Part shown: piece by piece, positions 1-10,697 of the stretch | Layout: each line of letters opens with the position of its first letter | Position numbering within the stretch: position 1 is the first letter of the stretch | Assembly: GCF_009914755.1 (NCBI RefSeq) | Contig: NC_060925.1 | Strand: one strand, 5' to 3' | DNA: 64,000 bases | From: the human T2T-CHM13v2.0 reference genome, Homo sapiens | Program-made: the position numbers and the translations under genes | Notes under the pieces: model-generated | Told to the model about the DNA's origin: nothing | Databases searched by the model: none | What the model saw: only the letters and a program-made list of their open reading frames with translations

Positions 1-468
1 TGGGTCACATTCTGAACTTGTTGAGGAAAACATTATAGAATATAGGAAAAATAATTTTTTTCCAAACATTCCTCACTGTCCTTGTGTAGGTCTAGATTGA
101 TTTATTGTCTAACTCCATTTATTTCTTACATTCTCATAAACTATCAGAATATTCTTTTTCTATTTTTAATAAATTTATGAAGTTTTTTAAACCATCATCA
201 CAATTCAATTTTAGAACATTTTTATCATCCTTCCAAATTCTCTTGCTCCCAATTGTAGTTAGTTTCCTTCCTCCTCTATCTCCATGGCTAAACAACCATA
301 AGTCTCTTTCATTGTCTAAAAGTTTGCCACTCCTTGATATTTTATTTAATAAAGTATACAGTATTAGAGTTTTGCAGCTGATTTCTTTTACCATGTTTTG
401 CCCATTTTAAAATTTGGCTGTTTTCTTATTATTTTGTTGTATGAGTTATTTATATTTATATATTCTAG

Positions 469-740
469 TGATATGGTTTGATTCTGTGTCCCCATCAAAT
501 CTCATGTTGAATTCTAATCCCCAATGTTGGATCATGGGGGTGAATTCTTCATGAGTGGTTTAGCACCATCCTGTTTGGTGCTGTTCTCATGATAGCTTCT
601 CATGACATCTGGTTGTTTTAAAGTCTGTGTAACACCTCCCTCCCACCTCCTGCTCCAGCCATGTGAGATGCGCCTACTTTCCTTTCACCTTCTACCATGA
701 TTGTAAGTTTCCTGAGGCCTCCCTAGAAGTAGAAGCTGGT
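469..740 (+). mobile_element. MST/THE1-family MaLR LTR fragment (MSTA/B-like), 3' truncated
   Basis: Starts TGATATGGTTTGATTCTGTGTCCCC; contains ccatgattgtaagtttcctgaggcctcc. Confidence 0.85.
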
Positions 741-866
741 GCAAAGGACGTGAATTTTTTCTTTTTTATGGCTGCATGGTATTCCATGGTATATAGGTAC
801 CACATTTTCTTTATCCAATCTGCCACTGATGAACACTTAGGTAGATTCAATGTCTTTGCTACTGTA
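741..866 (-). mobile_element. L1 (L1PB/L1MA-like) ORF2-end fragment
   Basis: tttttatggctgcatggtattccatggtatataggtaccacattttctttatcca is the standard antisense L1 ORF2 3' motif. Confidence 0.8.
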
Positions 867-931
867 TTCCTACATTATGAGTTCTTTTAATCTTCACATG
901 CATTGGGTTTTAAAAAATTAATTTTCTGTAT

Positions 932-1431
932 TGTCAGCCTAAAATAATCAAAAGGCACAGGAGCCAGTTAAAAGTATTTATTTAAGTGCAAAGTGTGAGG
1001 TTGACCATCTGGGGAGCAGACCTATGCCAAAGAATGGTAAACAGTGTTCCTAGTGTGAAGGAAGATGAAGATAATTTATACAGGCAAAAAGGGAGGTGCT
1101 GAACAGAGTTACATTTTCCATACAAAGGGCAATATACAGATATAAGATTTGATTGGCTACTATTGATTATACTCTAAAGGGATTTCTTAACATTCTATTG
1201 TAAATAGGTAACAATCACAAGGGTCTCTATTTTCCAATGTCATATACTCTATTTGACTAAAGAGTAAAGGGTCAAGTTAACATATAAAATATCAACACAA
1301 AGATCAGAAAGCAACAATTATGCACCAGAGAAGAAAAACAGCCTTGTTACCTGGTGTCAGTTTCCAGGGCTTAACATTTCTCCATGAGCTAAAAAATTTG
1401 GAAGGTCCTGAAATTGTATTTTCTTTTTACC
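932..1431 (-). mobile_element. ERV1 MER4-group solo LTR
   Basis: TGTCAGCCTAAAATAATCAAAAGG...tttatttaagtgcaaag terminus typical of antisense MER4-group LTRs; 4-bp TSD gtat/atat; host L1 resumes after it. Confidence 0.7.
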
Positions 1432-1851
1432 ATATCTAGTGAGATCAACATTGCTTTCATCCTTTTTGTATTATGTATTTTGTCCTTTGTGTATTGCGTT
1501 AGTTGATTTTCAGATGTTAAACCATTTTGTGTTTATGACATAAATCCCACTAGGTCATGGTGTATAACCCTTTTTATATGTTACTGGGTTTGATGTGCCT
1601 ATCTTTTATTAAGAGTATTTGTAACACATATTTATGAGGGATATTTGTCTGTGGTTTGTTATGTTTTTGTTTGGCTTTGCTATCAAGGAAATCCTGGCCT
1701 CAGAGATTTGAGTATGGAAGTGTTCCTTTCTTCTCTGGTTTCTGAAAGAATTTGTGAAGTATTTGTATTGTCTCTATTTTATTTGATAGAATTCACTGGT
1801 GAGGTCACCTGAGCCTGAGCTTTACATTGTGGGAATATTTTTAGTTATTAA

Positions 1852-2193
<342 letters not shown>

Positions 2194-2379
2194 GATTCAC
2201 ATTTTCTATTTTTTCTTGAGTGAGTTTTAGTACTTTGTGTATTTCTAAAAAAATTTCCATTTTGTCTAAAATGTCTATTTGTTGGCATGAAGTTGTTTCT
2301 AATGTGCACTAAGTCCTTTTAATTTCTAAAAGATGTGTAGCAATGTTTCTCTTTCATGCCAGAATTTAGAAATTTGTTT

Positions 2380-3371
2380 TGAAGGAAACGAAAATATTTT
2401 TTACCCCAAAACATACTTCTCTGACATATTTCATGATGACTATTCAAAAGGGCTGGAAATACAAAAACAGCTGAAAAGCTGTATTTTACGGGGGAGATTT
2501 ATATCTGTAGGGTGTTAAAGCAAACTAAATATGCCCTGAGAAGGCCTCTGCACTTCTGTATTTGAGTACTTATAGATGAACTGTAACCTAGCTTAATAGT
2601 CAGACAAAATTGAAACCTTACTTAATAGTATGCACCTGTAACAGTAGCTGAGTGTTGGCCAATCCCAGCGGCCATGCTTCAACCACTCATAGACTGCTGA
2701 ATGTTCAAACTGCCTTCAAATAAAGCAAACGCCGAGCTGTAACCAATCTCACTGTTTCTGTACCTCACTTCCAATTCCTGTACGTCACTTTACCTTTTTT
2801 TGTCTATAAATTTGCTCTGACCACGAGACACCCCTGGAGTATCTGTGAATCTGCTGTGATTCTGGGGGCTGCCCATTTCGCAACTCATTCATTGCTCAAT
2901 GAATCTCCTTTAAATTTAACTCAGGTGAAGTTTTTCTTTTATCAAGAGGCAATCTGCGTTGACACTGCCAAGCCTTTTCTGAGGTCCCTCTCCTGTTTGA
3001 ATCTAAGAAAGATTAACTTTGAGTTGGACACCTTTACCATTTTTTAAAAATGAAAGTTACTTTCAGCATTTTTTCTCTCTGAGGGCTGCTATCTGCGAAG
3101 TTTCATCTGCCTAACAAGAGCACCTTTGCCAGCCAGGCATCCTTTTCTGTGCCGCCCATAATCTGTTTTGCCATGATCCAATCCCCTATTCTTTGTGTGA
3201 CCTAAAGATGGTATAAAAGCACCAATCATCTTGCCTTTCTGTGATATCTTGTATTTTGGAAGACTCTTGTGCATAGTAATACATTTGTATTCTTTTTCTC
3301 CTATTAATCTACCTTTTATCAATTGATTTTCAGTGAATGTTCAAAGGGCAAGTTTTCCCTTGGCCCCTATT
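2380..3371 (+). mobile_element. MER34-family solo LTR, split by a MER57 LTR
   Basis: TGAAGGAAACGAAAATATTTTTTACCCCAAAACATACTTC start and aagttttcccttggccccta end; TSD gttt/gctt. Confidence 0.75.
2513..2944 (+). mobile_element. MER57-family solo LTR nested in MER34
   Basis: TGTTAAAGCAAACTAAATATG...gccgagctgtaaccaatc...ttttctttTATCA; 4-bp TSD aggg/agag. Confidence 0.8.
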
Positions 3372-3423
3372 GCTTTCATTTCTTATTGCTCTCTTTATTT
3401 TTTCTTCATCATAAAACCATTTC

Positions 3424-3722
3424 TTTCTTTTTTTTTTTTTAGATGGAGTCTCACTCTGTTGCCCAGGATGAAGTGCAGTGGCACGATCTCAGTTCACTGC
3501 AACCTCTGCCTCCTGGGTTCAAGTGATTCTTCTGCCCTAGCCTTCCAAGTAGCTGGGATTATAGGTATGCACTACCATGCCCAGCTAATTTTTGTATTTT
3601 TAGTAGAGACGGGATTTCACCATGTTGGCCGGGCTGGTTTCGAACTCCTGACCTCAGGTGAGCCGCCTGTCTTGGCCTCCCAAAGTGCTGGGATTACAGG
3701 CATGAGCCGCTGCACCTGGCCC
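3424..3722 (-). mobile_element. AluS (Sx/Sz-like)
   Basis: Full Alu dimer; imperfect 18-bp TSD catcataaaaccatttct / catcagaaaacaatttct. Confidence 0.93.
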
Positions 3723-4374
3723 CATCAGAAAACAATTTCTAAGAAAATTTTATAAAATCAATTAAGGGAAAAAATCTAATGAGGCTCACAGCAGCAGTCA
3801 TTAAGCCAGTTTGGCCTATTTCTTTGTAGCTAGTTGCTACTTACTACCCCAGGATAGTGTGGTTCTTCTCACAAGACTGTCCTTTTTCTGTTCTGTGGAT
3901 AAAATCTAAGCCATTGTGAGATGATACACCTTCTGTTTGGGCTACTTCTTTAGATTCTGCATACCAGCAAAACTATGGATGCCAGATGGTCTAGAGGGCC
4001 CAGTAAGAAGCTGACTCAGGGAGGAATGCATTTTCCGCATCCTGATGAGTTCATCCCCTTACCCCAACCAATCAATTCAGGAGAGCAAAGGTCACCTGGT
4101 AACTAGAATTTCTATGCATTTCTGAAATGCATGCATGCCAAAACTCATTGTGCAACCCTTGCCAACATTAAGGCATTTAAATGTCTGCAAAGGTAATCAT
4201 TTATCGTGCAAATGACCCTTTAGCTCCTACTTTAATGTCCATAAATATCACTAAGGAAAAATCCACCTGGGCACACTCAGTTCCTTCTTGCTGTGGCGCC
4301 CCACTGCACTCTTCTGCAGCATTCTTCCTTCCTAATAAAACTTTCTATTTTCAAACCTATACAGTTATCGGTAA

Positions 4375-4650
4375 TTTTTTTTCTTTTCTTTTTTTTTTTG
4401 AGGTGAAGTCTCACTGTGTCACCCAGGTTGGATTGCAGTGGCGTGATCTCCGCTCACTGCAACATCTGCCTCCTGGGTTCAAGTGATTCTCCTTGAGCCC
4501 GCCACCATGCCCGGCTAATTTTTGTATTTTTGGTAGAGATCGGGTCTCACCATGTTTGCCAGGTTGGTTTGGAACTCCTGACCTCAAGTGATCCACCTGT
4601 CTCGGCCTCCCAAAGTGCTGTGATTAGAGGAGTGAGCCACTGCACCCGGC
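4375..4650 (-). mobile_element. AluS with ~30-bp internal deletion, inserted in the 5' LTR
   Basis: Alu body lacking the gcctcagcctccc...gggattacagg segment; absent from the 3' LTR. Confidence 0.9.
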
Positions 4651-4710
4651 TGTTGGTAAATTTTTGCAAACCCGACAGTTGACCACTTTCTGATGCTGGG
4701 GCTGGCATCT

Positions 4711-4728
4711 TGGTGGCCCATATGGGGA
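4711..4728 (+). promoter_or_regulatory. Retroviral primer-binding site complementary to tRNA-Ile(AAU)
   Basis: TGGTGGCCCATATGGGGA, 3 nt after the LTR-terminal CA; complement of the tRNA-Ile(AAU) 3' end is TGGTGGCCCGTACGGGGA; both mismatches are CpG transitions. Confidence 0.85.
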
Positions 4729-5146
4729 CTTTACTGGCATTTCTGCCTTCTTTTTTCCTTCCAGCTCCCCTCAGTGGTCTAATTCTTTACTCTTGGGAAC
4801 TGAAGGTTTCTGGCCTAGGCCACTCTTCAGTGGGATCTTGAGGCCCCAGAGAAGGGATTCCTGTCTGTTGTTGTCCTTAGGGGTAAGAGACTGGCCAGAC
4901 TGCATTCTCTTTTTGGACTGCCAGTGAAGCAGCTGGAGTACTCTTTGGCAATTGAGGGTTTCTGGCCTAGGGCACTTCCTGGTGTTACCTGAAGGTGAAG
5001 ACAGAAGAACAAATTCGCTATTGCCTGTCAGGATGGCAAGTTCCCTTTCTCTCATTATCCTTTAAACCATGCCTTGGAAACAAGCAGCAGCCATATGAAC
5101 TCTGCACAGACATACTCTACTGATCACTGATTGCAGACCCATTGTT

Positions 5147-5361
5147 TTTTTAATTCAACAAATATTTATGAAGCATCTTTTATATGCTTCCACTTTTCTA
5201 GGTGCTTGGGATTCAGCAGTTAATTTTTTTTAAACAAACTTTTTATTTCCATAGGTTATTAGGGAATAGGTAGTGTTTGGTTACATAAATAAGTTCTTTA
5301 TTGGTGATTTGTGAGATTTTGGGGCACCCATCACCTGAGCAGTATATACACTGCACCCTAA
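5147..5361 (-). mobile_element. 5'-truncated L1PB-like 3' end (5224-5361) plus L2-derived segment (5153-5222), inserted in the ERV leader
   Basis: L1PB 3'UTR motif gtgatttgtgagatttt..gcacccatcacctgagcagtat; L2 tail motif attcaacaaatatttat..ctaggtgcttgggattcagcagt; degenerate TSD gcagacccattgtt / gtggacccaatttt. Confidence 0.75.
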
Positions 5362-6355
5362 GTGGACCCAATTTTGGATTCCGCTTCATCACAGCTCATC
5401 ACAACATCCCATATAAAGGGTGAGTTCTCCTTCATGTTAGGTCTGACCACTGAAACAAGGGCATGTCTGGACTGGTCATCCAGGCAACGGCAGATGCATT
5501 ATCCCTGGTGGGATGCCTCTGAATGAAGTGAGACAAAGAGAAAAGGAAGGTCTAAATCCCTCAGGAATGCCTCAGGGCTCTTATAGCCCTTTATCAAAAC
5601 CCAGCATGGGTTCAATTCCTGTTTCAATTCCATCTGACTCACCCTTAAGTTGCGTTCTTAAATAGTGATCCCATTTTGACCCACAATCTCTCAAAAAGAA
5701 GCATATGATTTTCTTTTGTAATACAGCTTGGGTTCTGTATAAGCTCCCAATAATTTAAATTGGCCTCTTAATGGGACGCTGGATTGGAATATTATTTTAC
5801 AACTAGACTCATTTTGCTGGAACCTTGGAAAGGATTCAGAGGTCCCATATGTTTGCGTCTTTTTGGCTTTATCCCAAACCCCAAAATTACATAAAAATTG
5901 TCGTGTATGCTTCCAACAAACTTCCTCTCTCCCTGATTCTGATGACTTAGATGATCCTTTCTTTTGCCTACCATACTCTCCTCAGCCCGCTCCCACATCA
6001 CCTAAACTCTCTCCATTTGCCCCATTCCCTAATGAACCACCCTCATATCCAGACACTTTATCCCCCTCACATACTCGGACCGGAGTCACATATGCCACTA
6101 GTATAGAACCCTCAGGAAAATCTCAAAAATGTTTTGCCTCTCTGCAAGGTGGCAAATGGAAATTCGGGAACAATTAAAGTTCATGTCCCTTTTTTAATGT
6201 CTGATCTTTCACAAATTCAATCCAAATTGGGTTCATTTAGCTAGGATCCCTCTAAGTTCACTCAAGAATTTCATGCTTTAACTATTGCTTTTGATTTAAC
6301 CTGGCAAGATATATTTGTGATATTAACTACTTGTTCCTATGAAGAAAAACTATGC

Positions 6356-6633
6356 TTTTTTTTTTTTTTTAACCGAGTTTCTCTCTTGTTGCCCAGGCTG
6401 GAGTGCAGTGGCATGATCTCGGCTCACTGCAACTCCACTTCCTGGGTTCAAGTGATTCCTCCTGCCTCAGCCTCCCGAGTAGGAATGCACCACCATGCCC
6501 GGCTAATTTTGTATTTTTAGTAGAGATGGGGTTTCTCCATGTTGGCCAGTCTTGAACTCCTGACCTCAAGTGATCTGCTCACCTTGGCCTCCCAAAGTGC
6601 TGGGATTACAGGCGTGAGCCACCACGCCTGGCC
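6356..6633 (-). mobile_element. AluS inserted in ERV gag
   Basis: Alu body; TSD aactatgc at 6348-6355 and 6634-6641. Confidence 0.92.
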
Positions 6634-6645
6634 AACTATGCAGAT

Positions 6646-7315
6646 TGTTACCAGTGGAAGGTATCAGAGTTACTGGTGGTGAATCCACATGGGTCTGCAG
6701 CAACCTCAATTCTTGCCTCCTCAGAAGAAAGAATTCACCTGAGGGTCATAAGACAGAAAAAGAGACTGAGGCAAGTTTCAAAGCAGGAGTGGAAGTTTTT
6801 TTTAAAAAGGCTTTATTTTTAGAACAGGAAAGAAAGGAAAGTATGCTTGGAAGAGACCCAAGCACCCTGTTTACCACTGATTCTAGGACTCTATACTATA
6901 AGTTGGCCCCTTTCCCATGATTCTTCCCTTAGGGTGGGCTGCCCACACACACAGTACCCCCCGTTACTCTTGGGAAGTGAGCACGCACAGTGTATTTAGG
7001 AAGTTGTATGCATGCCTAATGAGGCTTTCTTCCCTTGTCCAGTGGAGTGTCCTCAGAAGGTCATACTCTGCCATTTTGTCTCTTAATGCATATGCCTGGG
7101 AAGTTGCTTCTATCTGGTAACCTGCATTCAGTTAACACTTTGGTGCAATAGGTGTGGACCATCAGGAAATGGCCTCTCCCTGGCACTGGCTGCCAATTTA
7201 TCACTTGCATGGAGAGGCAATGTGATAATTACCAAACCATCACCTGAAATTCCTAGTCATGGATGGGGGAGAGCCCTCTCCTGCCCTGCTCATGCCTGTA
7301 TAACTACCTGTAACC
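6646..7315 (-). mobile_element. MER50-like ERV1 solo LTR inserted antisense in gag
   Basis: Reverse complement begins ..ttacaggtagttatacaggcatgagcagggcaggagaggg; TSD agat/atat; gag CA frame resumes after it (WSLA*AWADEAH). Confidence 0.8.
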
Positions 7316-8322
7316 ATATGGTCTTTAGCTTAAGCTTGGGCAGATGAAGCTCATGCACACAATCCTAATGATAGTAGAGCTGGGGCAGAGGCTGTCCCCA
7401 TCACAGAACCCAGTTGGCAAAACCAGGCTGCCGATGCAGGCCCAAAGAGGCAAGGGCAGACAAGATTATATAACTTATTTGTTGGAAAGAATGAAAAAAA
7501 CTGTAATAAAACCTGTCAACTTTTCTAAATTATGAAAAATTACTCAGAAACCACCTAAGAACCCTACCCTTTCCACGCTAGATTGGTGGAGGTAATGAAT
7601 AAATATACAGATTTAGACCCTGAAATCCCTGAGGGCCAATCCATTCTGGCATTACATTTTATAAGTCAGGCTTCCCCAGACATCAGACAAAACTCCAAAA
7701 ATTAGAGCAAGGCCCACAAACTCGCTTTCCTGCTTTATTTAATACAGCTTTTAATATTTTCAATAACTGAGAGGAAACATCAAAAATAAAAATGTTCAAT
7801 TGGAGGAGGAAAAATGCCATTGCCACGCTAATCACATGGTGACAGCATTGGCACATTCTTTTTCATTAGCCAATAGCCCCAGGGTTCATCCCTATAATAC
7901 TAATAGAATGGGAGCTTGCCCTCATATCTGGATGCAGAAATCCAGGACACTGGAGTAGCGGATGTCCCAAACCTCCATGTTACAAGCCACCCCTAGGACC
8001 CTGTCCTCATGGCAAACAATCATTGGAACAGTAAGTGTGTCCCTCTCTCCCTCGTTGGTGGGTGGAGGGGCACCTATTCCTTCTGGACTGTCTCAGCCAC
8101 AGCCTCACCAACCTGTCCAACAAGGGGGTCCTGCAGAATGAGGACAAGGGCAAGGGCAAGGGCAAAGGCAAAGGCAAGGAAAAGCACCTCTAACTCTATT
8201 CCTAGATTATGATTAAGCCTCTGAAGGTTATCCTCTAGATGACTGATGGGGTCTTGAGGCTGTCCAGGCCCCTATCTTTTCCATCTCTATGAATGAGCCT
8301 TGGGTTAATCTAACTGTGGCTG

Positions 8323-8830
8323 AGAGTTGTGGAAACTATTGCAACTCTCATTCCTTGGGGAGGTATTATTTACCATGAAATCCCACTGTGAGAACTTACT
8401 GACTCCCTTAAAATAGTCTTAGCAAAAACTAGTGCAAGTCTATCAGCACTAGGAAAGTCTTCAGCCTCAGTAGCAGGAAGGCTTTTGATAATAGATGAGC
8501 TCTAAATTACCACCTAGCTGAACAAAGAGGAGTCTGTGCTGTCATCAACAAAACTTGTTGCACCTACATTAATGTGTCTGGAGCAATGAAAACTAATGTC
8601 CAAGAAATTTTCAAACAAGCCAATTGGCAACGCACACTTTCCCAAAGTAACCAAGACTAGGCCAAAACTTTTACTGATTGGTTTCTAAAATTACTTGGCT
8701 TCTCCCATTCCTTGAACCTTTATTCCTTGTCATTCTTTTAATATTTGGTCCCTGCCTTTTTAATGCTCTCATTAAATTTATATCTTCCAGATTACAACAA
8801 TTCCACCTACACATGACTATGCAATCCCAA
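8323..8830 (+). pseudogene. ERV env TM-subunit remnant (fusion peptide, ISD, CX6CC, TM anchor)
   Basis: IPWGGIIYHE..; FDNR*ALNYHLAEQRGVCAVINKTCCTYIN; anchor WLLPFLEPLFLVILLIFGPCLFNALIKFISSRLQ in ORF 8678-9097. Confidence 0.9.
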
Positions 8831-10697
8831 TACTGGTATGCAACAGCAGCTTCCATGTACATGGGGCCTCTTGATGGAACCTGGTCTTACCCCACCCCGC
8901 GAATGAATTTTTTACCTCCCTTCATTCCCTTCATTGCAGAGAGCAAGAAAGGGAAAAACACAACCTATACCCTCACCGCCTCCTTCCAGCAAGACGTAGC
9001 CAGACAGACCCCATGTCCCTCTTCACTGTTGCGTTTTCCCTGTCTTGAGACCCTCATAGATATGAGCATGGGGGAATACAAAGGGTCAAAGATTTAACCA
9101 AAATATTTGTCAGTGGGATAATAAGGAAAAGAGAGATCACCCGGTGATCAGGCAGGCCCTGGAGACAAAAACCTCCTTATCTGAGGAATTTAGACTTCCT
9201 TATTATCTAAAGGCACCTGGTTCTCAGCTCCTTTTTAACTTAAAATTTATGGGTAACTAGAATTTCTCTACATCTCCAGAATGCATGCATGCCGAAACTC
9301 ATGGTGCAACCCTTGCCAACATTAAGGCACCAAGATGTCTGCAAATGTAATTATTTGTCATGCAAATTGCCCTTCCGCTTTCACTTTAAGGTCCATAAAT
9401 ACCATTAAGGAAAAATGCCCCTTGGTGCACTCAGTTCTCCCTTGCTGAGGTACCTGCTGCACTCCAGCAGCATTCTTTCTATCTAATACAACTTTCCTTT
9501 TTCAAATCTATATTGGCAGTCAATTCTCACCAACCCATGAGTCAACCACTTTTTTGATGCCTGGGCTCTGACACCTCACCTGGCATCAATGACACTAAAT
9601 TTTCCAGCCCTTTGTCCTCCACAGATCCCTTTAAAAATCCTTTTCCAGAACCCCTGGACCAAACAGATTTGAGGCATGAGAATTCCTCCTGTTTCTTCAT
9701 TTGTCAACTTGCAATTATTAAACTCTTTCTCTGTTGCAACACTGCTGTTCAGTGTATTGGTCTGTTGCTGTGCAGTGGACGTATGAACCTGGCAGTCCTG
9801 TAACAATCAGTTTAATAAAATGTTTATCAGTTTTGTTGATCTTTTCATAGAACTGATTTTTTGGTTTTATTCATTTTCCCTGTTTTCTTTTCTGGTTTTC
9901 ATTTAATTGATTTCAGCTCTTATCTTTATTATTTCGTTTCTTCTGCTTTGGGTTTGGTTTCCTCTGTTACTAGTTTCTTAAGGTGGAATCTTATGTATTT
10001 GACTTGAAATCTTCTTTTTTTGGTATTGGGTTTTACATTTATAAATTTCTCTGTAATCACTGCTTTAGCTGCATTTCATAAATTTTATATTATGTTTGCA
10101 CTGCAATTTAGTTTAAATATTATCTAATTCTCTTGTGACTTTTTTTGACCCATGGATTATTTAGAAGTGTGCTGTTTATATTACAAACTGTCGTGGGTTC
10201 CTAAATTTTATTCTGTTGTTGACTTCTGATTTAGTTCTGTTGTTGCTGGAAAATATACTGGGTATGATTTCAATTATTTTAAATTTATTGAAACTTGCCT
10301 TATGGCCTAGCATATGGTCTAGTCTGGAGAATGTTCCATGTGCACTTGAAAATAATTTTTATTCTGTAGTCATTGGGTAGAGTGTGCTCTATGTGTCAGT
10401 TAGCCTGCTTCAGTCATCTATCTCTTTGCTGTTTTTCTGCCACGTTGTTCTATTCATTATTGAGAGTCAGATATTAAAATCCCAGATTGATTATTTTTGA
10501 ATTTTGTTTCTTTTTTTATTCTGTCAATTTTTGTTTCATGTATGTTTTCACTCTCTTTTCAGATGTATATATATTTATAATTGTTATATTTTGCTGATAT
10601 ATTGACTTTTTTATCATTATGAAATGTTCCTCTTTGTCTCTCATAGTATTTTTTTGTCTAAATCTCTTTTTCTTGTTACTACTATAGCCACTCCAAC

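Larger units (their letters stand above)
5606..8246 (+). pseudogene. ERV gag remnant (MA, CA, MHR, two Cys-His boxes) with stops and frameshifts, interrupted by an Alu and MER50
   Basis: MGSIPVSIPSDSPLSCVLK..FDPQSLKKKHMIFFCNTAW; KVHVPFLMSDLSQI..FDLTWQDI; KYTDLDPE..HFISQASPDIR; CRNPGHWSSGCP and GPCPH..HWNSKC; GAC TGA gag stop at 8241-8246. Confidence 0.9.
4077..9585 (+). mobile_element. Defective class I (gamma-like, ERV1) provirus: 5'LTR-PBS(Ile)-gag-pro stub-[pol deleted]-env TM-3'LTR
   Basis: Homologous LTRs 4077-4707 and 9122-9585; 5-bp TSD TCAAT at 4072-4076 and 9586-9590; PBS, gag and env motifs as listed separately. Confidence 0.9.
3412..9805 (+). mobile_element. MER39-like ERV1 solo LTR split by an Alu and a provirus (LTR pieces ~3412-3423, 3741-4076, 9586-9805)
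   Basis: 4-bp TSD ATCA at 3408-3411 and 9806-9809; LTR reads continuously across the provirus (accccaaccaatcaat|gacactaaattttccagccc); ends gtcctgTAACA. Confidence 0.7.

Noticed and set aside
4711-4728. tRNA-like sequence
   Set aside because: Only the 18-nt complement of a tRNA 3' end directly after an LTR, i.e. a PBS and not a tRNA gene.
8143-8180. (AAGGGC/AAAGGC)n repeat giving RARARAKAK
   Set aside because: Short simple repeat in the tail of the defective gag; no independent function supportable.
8678-9097. 139-aa ORF as a possible domesticated env (syncytin-like)
   Set aside because: Only the TM anchor and tail; non-ATG start, no signal peptide or SU, and the upstream ISD carries a stop and frameshift.
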